DNA of 63,218 nt, counting the filler, from Octopus bimaculoides (taxonomy: Eukaryota): assembly GCF_001194135.2 (NCBI RefSeq). It is 8 parts of 7 records of this genome, joined end to end, with 100 filler letters (N's around TTAATTAATTAA, not from the genome) between each part and the next. Parts side by side here need not be neighbours in the genome. Positions count along the whole stretch, not along the records: positions 1 to 6,723 come from NW_026368799.1; positions 6,824 to 20,576 come from NC_068986.1; 6 more parts are not named here. One strand, written 5' to 3'. The notes beneath the pieces are model-generated. The model worked only from the letters and a program-made list of their open reading frames with translations, was not told where the DNA came from and did no database searches. Shown here piece by piece: positions 1-8,263 of the stretch; the stretch's first letter is position 1, and every line of letters begins with the position of its first letter. The translations under genes were made by a program, and so were the position numbers.

Positions 1-82
1 GGAAGTAAGAGTGTGAGAAAGTTGTGGTGGAAGAGTACAGCCGGGGTCACTACAACCCCGTGTGGGGCCTCGTGGAGCTTTA
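1..82 (-). mobile_element. Fragment of tRNA-derived SINE family C
   Basis: ggaagtaagagtgtgagaaagttgtggtggaagagtacag...cctcgtggagcttta matches the body of the 24012-24403 copy. Confidence 0.65.
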
Positions 83-329
83 ATTTTATATTTGATGTAT
101 TTGTGTGCTTTCATATGCTGATCCATGACATGAAATTCATTTTCGCCAGGCAAGATTTGTCGTAAGAAGCTTGCTTCCTAACTCCACGATCCTGGATTCA
201 CTCCCACTGCATGGCACCATTGTGTTTATACAACTATTCAATTTTCTGTCAGGAAACTTGGGTTTAGGGTAAACTTCAACATGGTCCCAGAGCCGAGAGG
301 GTTAAAACCGCTTCTGTCTCTTTCCACAG

Positions 330-402
330 ACTGTGCTAAAGAACATGACCTTGCAGATACCGAACGGCAAAGTTGTGGCCCTCGTTGGCCACTCCGGAAG
401 TG
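330..402 (+). CDS. ABCB8: ABCB8-like mitochondrial ABC half-transporter, internal exon (start of NBD, first part of Walker A)
   Basis: Acceptor tttccacag|, donor |gtaagt. Reads TVLKNMTLQIPNGKVVALVGHSGS+G (phase 1) and splices in frame to 2084. Confidence 0.88.
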
Positions 403-794
403 GTAAGTCCTAACTATTCTTCCTTATATTTCCACCTCTTTCTTACAAGCTTCAAATTTCTTGAAACAGCTGTCGGTACATATTTTCATACAAAAATGTG
501 TGTAATTTGAGGGCGATGTAGCTATGGTTTCAAGCATATACCACGACCAGTAAGATGTTAAGGTTGATAAAATCATTAATTTTTAAAAAGGGAGATTTTT
601 AATACCATAAATGTTGAAGGTGGTCGTAGATACGCTAGAAACAGTAGCCAAATCACCCTCAAATTATACCTTTGTGTTAATATATTTACATACAATTCTA
701 TATTTTAGAGACGAGAATTTATGTATATTATTTACATTTGATGGATAATTTGTCCTCATTTATTAAATATAGAACTGAATAATAATAATAAGAA

Positions 795-960
795 GAAGAA
801 GAACATTGAAATAGACATTAGGAATGAGAACTCAGGTTTGAAATTTCCCCCCAAGACACCTGATGAAGGCTGGAGGGTATATCAGCCGAAACGTTGTGTT
901 AACAACAAACAAGATGACGATAAATATCCGTCCATAATTCCTCATCTCTTAAATATAGAA

Positions 961-963
<3 letters not shown>
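795..963 (+). mobile_element. Penelope-like pseudo-LTR fragment carrying a minimal hammerhead motif
   Basis: Near-identical to 4921-5083, which follows a GIY-YIG C-terminal remnant. Contains CTGATGA-stem-GAAACGTT. Confidence 0.65.
855..900 (+). ncRNA. Candidate minimal type-I hammerhead ribozyme
   Basis: gacac|CTGATGA|a|ggctg-gagggtatat-cagcc|GAAA|CGT|T|gtgtt. Stem I gacac/gtgtt, stem II ggctg/cagcc, palindromic AACGTT stem III, GUU site. Confidence 0.6.
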
Positions 964-1029
<66 letters not shown>

Positions 1030-1030
<1 letters not shown>

Positions 1031-1681
1031 GACACGACAGAGCTGGGACCTATATACACTGGAAGCTATGCCAACACTATGGAATAACAACAGAAAAATG
1101 ATGGTATAAACACACGCCAGAAAAGGTCACAGAAAACNNNNNNNNNNNNNNNNNNNNNNNNNNNNNNNNNNNNNNNNNNNNNNNNNNNNNNNNNNNNNNN
1201 NNNNNNNNNNNNNNNNNNNNNNNNNNNNNNNNNNNNNNNNNNNNNNNNNNNNNNNNNNNNNNGACCAGATATAGTTGTCAAAGATCATGAAGGAAAAAAA
1301 TGCTTTCTAATTGATGTATCAATACCAGCAGATGACAACGTCTCTCTAAAAAAAATGGAAAAACTTTCAAAATACAAAGACCTGGAAATAGAGGTAACTC
1401 GAATGTGGAATCTAAAAACAGAAACAATTCCTATCATAGTAGGTGCCTTAGGTATAATAAAAAAATATTCAGACAAATACATAACAAAAACTCCAGGACT
1501 TAAAAATATATATATAACATAGAGAAAATAGCACTACTGGGCACAGCACACACCCTACGCAAAAAACTTTCAATACAGTAACCATAAGAACATCACAGCA
1601 AACCACAGCATATACCCAAGGCACACAGAGCTGCACTCGGTAGTGAAGTGAAAGCACGTTATAAAGATAAAACTACTGAAC

Positions 1682-1722
<41 letters not shown>
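1030..1722 (+). mobile_element. R4/Dong-clade non-LTR retrotransposon 3' fragment (RLE endonuclease + 3'UTR + (AAT)n)
   Basis: RHDRAGTYIHWKLC...[gap]...PDIVVKDHEGKKCFLIDVSIPADDNVSLKKMEKLSKYKDL...LGTAHTLRKKLSIQ* (stop 1579-1581). Flanked by (AAT)n on both sides. Confidence 0.85.
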
Positions 1723-1724
<2 letters not shown>

Positions 1725-2083
1725 TTGAAAAATTCCTTAGGAATGAGAACCCAGGTTCGAAATATTATCATTAGCTTTGTTATATGTTCATCATTTCTTC
1801 AACCACCCAAGAGCTGTGATGCATTCCATGATATGCACAACATCTTCCTTTGTATATATATATATGTATCATAATCATCGTTTAACTTAATTAGACTATT
1901 GAAAAACAGACATCGTTGTACTCTAATTAATTTTGCAAGATTCTTTGTGTGACTTCGTGTGTTGAAGCATATTCTGTTGTCTGGGGGGGGGGGGGAACCA
2001 TTCTCTTTCGGTGCCTTATACTTTAACATATACATAGTGTCTTAATTAGATTTTCAATTCTCTTTTTCTTCTCTCATTAACAG

Positions 2084-2217
2084 GTAAATCAACAATAGTC
2101 TCATTATTGGAACGGTTCTATGACGTGGATACTGGAGCGGTTAAAATCGATGGGCACAATATAAAAAAACTATGTCCCAGTTGTCTACGAGGGAATATTC
2201 TAGGAATTATAAACCAG
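2084..2217 (+). CDS. ABCB8: ABCB8-like exon (Walker A end to Q-loop)
   Basis: Polypyrimidine tract + cag|, donor |gtgagg. [45 protein letters not shown]. The PSxLRG..G.I.Q pattern matches my recollection of ABCB8 (PSWLRGQVVGFISQ). Confidence 0.88.
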
Positions 2218-2244
2218 GTGAGGTATACTTGGCCATCAGCTTCC

Positions 2245-3190
2245 CTCCACCGCTAGGGTGTGGCTTTTTTCACACAGCTATCCTCGTCCATTCTCTCCAC
2301 ATGTCCAAACCAGTGCAGTCGTCTCTCTTGTACACCAAAGGTCCCAGGAACTGGTTATTGCCTGGGTGAGGCCCAATGTTCGAAGGTTGTGCTTCACCAC
2401 CTCATCCCAGGTCTTCCTGGGCCTACCTCTTCCACAGGTTCCCTCAAACGCTAGGGTGATTTCACTTGCCTCAACAGGTCTTCGCAAGCAGAGTTTAGTG
2501 TCCAATGAAGGAGAGGTTGGCATGGGTGCCAGTCATCGAATTTAGTTCGATTTCCCTTGCCCCAATAGGTCTTCGCAAGCAGAGTTTAGTGTCCAATGAA
2601 GGAGAGGTTGGCATGGGTGCCAGTCATCGAATTTAGTTCAATTTCCTTTGCCCCAACAGGTCTTCGCAAGCAGAGTTTAGTGTCCAATGAATGAAGGTAT
2701 GCATAAGTGGACTGGCTGAGGCCTTGGATTTAGGTCTCACTTGGCTTGCCGGGTCTTCTCACACACAGCATATTTCCAAAGATCTCGGTCAGAAGTCATT
2801 GCCTCGGTGAGGCCTAATGTTAGAAGGTCGTGCCTCACCACCTCATCTCAGGTCTTCCTGGGTCTACCTCTTCCGCAGGTTCCCTCAACCGCTAGGGTGA
2901 TTTCCCTTGCCTCAACAGGTCTTCGCAAGCAGACTTTAATGTCCAATGAAGGAAGGTACGCATAAGTGGGCTGGCTGAGGCCCAATGTTCAAAGATCTTG
3001 CCTCACCACCTTATCCCAGGTCTTCCTGGGTCTACCTCTTCCACAGGTGCCCTCAACCGCTACGATATAACCCTTTCTCACCCAGCTATCCTCATTCATT
3101 CTCACCACACGACCATACCAGCGCAATCGTTTCCCAGCCAAAATTCCGCTGGGGTCAACAGTGCCTTCCATCCTTCCGGGGCTCAACAAA
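2245..3190 (-). mobile_element. Rearranged concatemer of RTE LINE 3' ends
   Basis: Repeated RLRWYGRVVRM..VEGTCGRGRPRKTWD.VV..DL coding remnants (ORFs 2278-2523 and 2989-3189) plus repeated 3'UTR. Confidence 0.85.
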
Positions 3191-3357
3191 TCAAGTACCA
3201 GTTATACTCTGGAGTCACTACAATCCTCTTAACCCATTTCTCTGTCTTTCCCTGCGCCCTCAACCTGTAACCCCATGGGGGCAAAAAAGAAACAAGAAAA
3301 GGGCCGACCCCTAATATACTAAAAATTAAAAAGGTTTATATATTCATTTTCTTCCAG

Positions 3358-3429
3358 GAACCAGTCCTGTTTAATACGTCCGTACTGGAAAACATTCGAT
3401 ATGGGAATCCGAAAGCCACGAACGCCCAG
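3358..3429 (+). CDS. ABCB8: ABCB8-like exon
   Basis: ttttcttccag| ... |gtaaac. EPVLFNTSVLENIRYGNPKATNAQ, phase 0/0. Confidence 0.9.
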
Positions 3430-3498
3430 GTAAACTTATCCATGTTTGTCTTTAAGATCGTAATTTAAAAAGATCTCGATGTTACAACTGAATTGTAG

Positions 3499-3543
<45 letters not shown>

Positions 3544-4071
3544 NNNNNNNNNNNNNNNNNNNNNNNNNNNNNNNNNNNNNNNNNNNNNNNNNNNNNNNNN
3601 NNNNNNNNNNNNNNNNNNNNNNNNNNNNNNNNNNNNNNNNNNNNNNNNNNNNNNNNNNNNNNNNNNNNNNNNNNNNNNNNNNNNNNNNNNNNNNNNNNNN
3701 NNNNNNNNNNNNNNNNNNNNNNNNNNNNNNNNNNNNNNNNNNNNNNNNNNNNNNNNNNNNNNNNNNNNNNNNNNNNNNNNNNNNNNNNNNNNNNNNNNNN
3801 NNNNNNNNNNNNNNNNNNNNNNNNNNNNNNNNNNNNNNNNNNNNNNNNNNNNNNNNNNNNNNNNNNNNNNNNNNNNNNNNNNNNNNNNNNNNNNNNNNNN
3901 NNNNNNNNNNNNNNNNNNNNNNNNNNNNNNNNNNNNNNNNNNNNNNNNNNNNNNNNNNNNNNNNNNNNNNNNNNNNNNNNNNNNNNNNNNNNNNNNNNAT
4001 ATATATCTATATATATATATATATCTATATTTAGAGCGTAATATATTAACATCGGCGCTTTCTCCTTCTAG

Positions 4072-4250
4072 GTATACTCAGCCGCGAAGATAGCAAATGC
4101 TCACAATTTCATTACGTCCTTTTCACACGGGTACCACACTGTCGTGGGTGAACGAGGTGTCACCTTATCCGGTGGACAGAAGCAAAGAATTGCTATCGCT
4201 CGAGCCCTCATTAAGGACCCGAAGATCCTAATTTTGGATGAAGCTACGAG
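4072..4250 (+). CDS. ABCB8: ABCB8-like exon (ABC signature, Walker B)
   Basis: tctccttctag| ... |gtaagt. [59 protein letters not shown]+AG (phase 2). Confidence 0.93.
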
Positions 4251-4344
4251 GTAAGTATATTTATTCTTCTTCTTCTTCTTCTTCTTGTCATCGTCGTGTG
4301 GGTGCTTTTTTGGCGGTGTGAATGATGGGTTATATAAGAGTGAT

Positions 4345-4600
4345 GGTGAGTGAAGACTTGATGTGAACGATGGCTTTTATAAGACTGATGGAGCCTGGTG
4401 AGGCCTTCTGGTTCCCCAGTCCTCAGTCAAATCGTTCAACAAAGCACCCACTACACTCTCGGAGTGGTTGGCGTTAGGAAGGGCATCCAGCTGTAGAAAC
4501 TCTGCCAGATCAGATTGGAGCCTGGTGTAGCCATCTGGTTCACCAGTCCTCAGTCAAATCATTCAACCCATGCCAGCATGGAAAGCGGACATTCAACAAC
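4345..4600 (+). mobile_element. RTE-type LINE/SINE 3' tail module (partly duplicated)
   Basis: tggttggcgttaggaagggcatccagctgtagaaactctgcc...ccatgccagcatggaaagcggac; same module as 5872-6378 and 43281-43460. Confidence 0.65.
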
Positions 4601-4632
4601 AATATTTTCAATATTTATTTCTATACTTTCAG

Positions 4633-4691
4633 CGCATTAGACACAGAATCTGAACAACTTGTCCAAGATGCTTTGGAAAAAGTCTCGAAAG
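4633..4691 (+). CDS. ABCB8: ABCB8-like exon (D-loop)
   Basis: tactttcag| ... |gtaagt. (S)ALDTESEQLVQDALEKVSK+G; phases 2/1 fit the neighbouring exons. Confidence 0.9.
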
Positions 4692-4708
4692 GTAAGTCGA
4701 GTTGATAA

Positions 4709-5083
4709 TTCGCAATCTACCCATTCTGTGAGGATTCGTTCTGTCTCCACCTTCATTCGCATTCGCCTACTCTCAAATCATATCTCCAAGAAACCTTTCC
4801 TATTGTGCGAACACCTAAGCAAGACTCTGTTCATTTTCTATTTCTCTTTCCTTGGATGGGCACCTAAGCCCCCATCCCCACATTTGCATTATCTTTTCCT
4901 TTACAGACCCCTACTGTATGCCTTAGGAATGAGGACCCAGGTTTGAAATTTCCCCCCAAGACACCTGATGAAGGCTGGAGGGTATATCAGCCAAAACGTT
5001 GTGTTAACAACAAACAAGATGAGGACAAATATCCATCAATTGTAAACATTGTACATAATTCCTCATCTCTTAAATACAGAACT
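4709..5083 (+). mobile_element. Penelope-like element 3' end with degenerate hammerhead
   Basis: Coding remnant ..IRSVSTFIRIR.. then a pyrimidine-rich tract, then the pLTR shared with 795-963. The hammerhead GAAA is mutated to AAAA at 4993. Confidence 0.55.
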
Positions 5084-5738
5084 CTCAATTGATAATCTGG
5101 CTCTAAGGAACAAATTCTCAATGTGCAAACCACATTTCAGGAGATAAACCTTGTGGCAAGGATTTCAGATTGTTAATCATTGTCCCGAGAGGATCTTTTG
5201 CTTTCGAGAGGCCTGTACCGCTTGAAATATTGTGTACGACACATTTCTTCATTGCCAGAATCTTGTTGGAACATTTCTCAATGTCTTTGTGGCAGAATTC
5301 GAAAGTTTAACGCAAATTTTCATCTTGGATCTTCTGCCCTCCACCGATCCAGTCGCTATCGTCGAAAGTCCTCCCTCAAAATACTTTGAAACCTCACAAT
5401 AAGGGGTCTCAATTAATAGTATGGCTCTTAGGGACCAAATTCTCAATACACAATACCATAGATCTCGAAAAAGGAAATAGCGAGCAACCTTTAGATTGTG
5501 CTGTGCTCCCTAATGCTTTCATTATGAAGATAAAGGGCCCTTTCATTGTGATGCTCCCTGCTTTGACTCAGGGTTCAGAAATGCAGCATAAGAAATAAAA
5601 TTGCCAGCGGGACAAATTATATTAAATTGTGGAGAGAAATTCTGTCGTACGTTTCAAGCATGAAGCCATCACCAGGTAGGACTTGTTACGCCTTAGCTTT
5701 ATTTTAACTAATTTAAAAAAATTTTTTCTCATCACCAG

Positions 5739-5827
5739 GTCGAACCGTCATCGTGATTGCTCACAGGCTTAGCACCGTTAAAGATGCAGACATTATCGCT
5801 GTTATTTCAAAAGGAAATATCATTGAG
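5739..5827 (+). CDS. ABCB8: ABCB8-like exon (H-switch); terminal exon not found
   Basis: ttttctcatcaccag| ... |gtaagt. (G)[29 protein letters not shown]. Confidence 0.9.
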
Positions 5828-5871
5828 GTAAGTGACTGTGTGTTTCCTATTCAACAGTGACATTATCTACA

Positions 5872-6378
5872 CAACAAAGCACCCACTACACTCTCGGAGT
5901 GGTTGGCGTTAGGAAGGGCCTCCAGCTGTAAAAACTCTGCCAAATCAGATTGGAGCCTGATGTAGCCATCTGGTTCACCAGTCCTCAGTCAAATCGTCCA
6001 ACCCGTGCTAGCGTTGGCGTTAGGAAGGGGCATCCAACTGTAGAAACTCTGCCAGATCAGATTGGAGCCTGGTGTAGCCATCCGGTTCACCAGTCCTCAG
6101 TCAAAACATCCAACCAATGCTAGCGTTGGCGTTAGGAAGGGCATCCAGCTGTAGAAACTCTGCCAAATCAGATTGGAGCCTGGTGTAGCCATCTGGTTCA
6201 CCAGTCCTCAGTCCAATCGTCCCACCCATGCTTGCGTTGGCGTTAGGAAGGGCACCCAGCTGTAGAAACTCTGCCAAATCAGATTGGAGCCTGGTGTAGA
6301 CATCTGGTTTCAACAGTCCTCAGTCAAATCGTCCAACCCATGCTAGCATGGAAAGTGGACGTTAAACGATGATAATGA
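5872..6378 (+). repeat. Four tandem ~111-bp copies of an RTE-type 3' module
   Basis: ttggcgttaggaaggg starts at 5903, 6014, 6126 and 6237. Only the last copy runs on to ggaaagtggacgttaaacgatgataatgat. Confidence 0.9.
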
Positions 6379-6549
6379 TCACAAAGGAATAACCAACCAA
6401 ATAATTTTGCTATAAGGTCCTTTATTTTAAGGGTAATAATCTTTTAAAGGTCCACGATTTGCCTCCAGAATGAAAACGTGGGATTAAAAGATGGTTATCT
6501 CCCCTACACTGTAAGAAAGAACTTTCTATTCTTTGGTATAGGCAACACA

Positions 6550-6723
6550 CTTTCACTTGTTTGTTATTTGACTGCGGCCATGCTGGAGCACCGCCTTTTA
6601 GTCGAGCAAATCGACCCCAGGACTTCTTCTTTGTAAGCTTAGTACTTATTCACCAGCATCGGTTGTCAAGTGATGCTTGCGGGGAGACAAACACAGACAC
6701 ACAGACATATATATATATACATA
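6550..6723 (-). mobile_element. SINE family A, 3' half
   Basis: Reverse complement of ctaaaaggcggtgctccagcatggccgcagtcaaat...aacaagtgaaag tail and internal (TA)n. Confidence 0.8.
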
Positions 6724-6823
6724 NNNNNNNNNNNNNNNNNNNNNNNNNNNNNNNNNNNNNNNNNNNNTTAATTAATTAANNNNNNNNNNNNNNNNNNNNN
6801 NNNNNNNNNNNNNNNNNNNNNNN
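6724..6823. other. Scaffold-join spacer 44N-TTAATTAATTAA-44N (1 of 7)
   Basis: Exactly 44 N + 12-mer (6768-6779) + 44 N. The 12-mer gives stops in all six frames. Confidence 0.92.
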
Positions 6824-6874
6824 CGAGGAAGACCATTGTCGACCTTCAGGAACATTCTGCACTCTAGTACTAAC

Positions 6875-7400
6875 TTACATCTTGCATTTACGGCTCTGTT
6901 GGTGGCTAATGAGCCCTGCTCTTGATAAGCGTACATGACTGCAAACATTGCAGATTAAGCTTTCCCCATTCACTATACGAGCCGTACACTTTCTCGCAGC
7001 TCGCTTAAATTCTTCATGCTGGATACGTGCTCTTTCAAAAGTGTTGATCCCCTCCTTAACCTGCTTCCTCCATCTGTGGCAATGACAGGCATTATTCTCC
7101 CAGTCAGTGTCCTGCATATCACAGGCCTTTAATGAGGACTTGACACAGTCCTTAAAGCGCAGCCTTGGTTTCTGTCGGAGTCTCCTTCCATTCACAAGTT
7201 CTCCATAGAGCATCTGCTTAGGAATCCTGCTATCCTTCATTCTAATAATGTGTCCAGTCCAATGTAACCGGCGCTTGTGCACTATCACCTCAATACTCAA
7301 GATATCAGCTGTCCTCAGGATCTGTGTGTCTGGAATCCTTGAGGTCCAGCCAACATTGAGAATGTGCCTGAGACATCTCTTACAATGTAGAAAAAAACCG
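6875..7400 (-). mobile_element. RTE-clade LINE ORF2 C-terminal fragment with one C2H2-like finger
   Basis: RRLHWTGHIIRMKDSRIPKQMLYGEL..GRR..QKPRLRFKDCVK...CNVCSHVRLSRAGLISHQQSR. Confidence 0.9.
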
Positions 7401-8263
7401 CTTAAAACTTGCCACGATTTTGATTGGAAATGGAGCCAACAAGATTCACATGAAAATCTTTTAACTTGTGTGATGAACTAACTGAAGAAGGTGATGCCAT
7501 TTCACAGGTCTAGGAAGAACAAATCTTAGAAGCCACTTCGCACCTGCACAAACAGTTCTGAAAGAAAAAAAGGGAGAATTAGTCAAAGGCGTCATATTTG
7601 GTCACAAAATAAGTATACAAAGCACATAACATTATAAAAACAGAGAGGTTATAAACATGGTATTACAACTTTGTCAGGGCTACAAACACAACAGAAGATC
7701 TATATCATAATGCCTCACAACAAAATGAACAAGTGCTTACAAGTTATTACAAATAAGTTAACTTATATTTACAAACGCGGACAGGTCATATTAGTTCACT
7801 GTTTATCAATAACATATATTTCTTAATATTTAATTTCTCTACACTACTATTAGGTGCAGTACAATTCATTCAACAGATGAACACAACTCACAACTTCACT
7901 GGCTCATAGCTGGCTACCAACCGGATGACGACAAAAAATAGGTGTTTGTCCTATAACTGTGTTCTGTCCCTAGCTTTGCAAGTTGCCTTCCACATTATAT
8001 TTATTGTCACTTATCCTTCTAATACCAAGAATAAGTCTGAACAAGTTTTTAATTCAAGAGAAAATTATATAAGCAATAAAAAATTTTTATCTGGAAAAAT
8101 GACTTTCCGAGCAAAAACTTCAAAATTTCACGGTCGATGAGGGTCGCCTTGCAGTTGTTTGCTTGAGCTAAAGTTCTGCATAGATTGGATTTTTGTTAAT
8201 TGGAACAAGATAGTGGGATGGAAGCTAAACTTTTAGAAAGCTAAAAAATAAAGGCCACCCTAA

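Noticed and set aside
463-482. GAAACAGCTGTC hammerhead-like 3' half
   Set aside because: No CUGANGA or stem II upstream.
838-1101. ORF with poly-Asn (and antisense poly-Tyr ORF)
   Set aside because: Read-through of a pLTR, an (AAT)n tract and the start of the R4 fragment; not a gene.
5608-5675. AG..GT-bounded cassette in the ABCB8 intron
   Set aside because: 68 nt, frameshifting, weak acceptor; the flanking exons already splice in frame.
5872-6378. CRISPR-like repeat array
   Set aside because: The units are whole repeats with no unique spacers, in a spliced eukaryotic intron with no cas genes.
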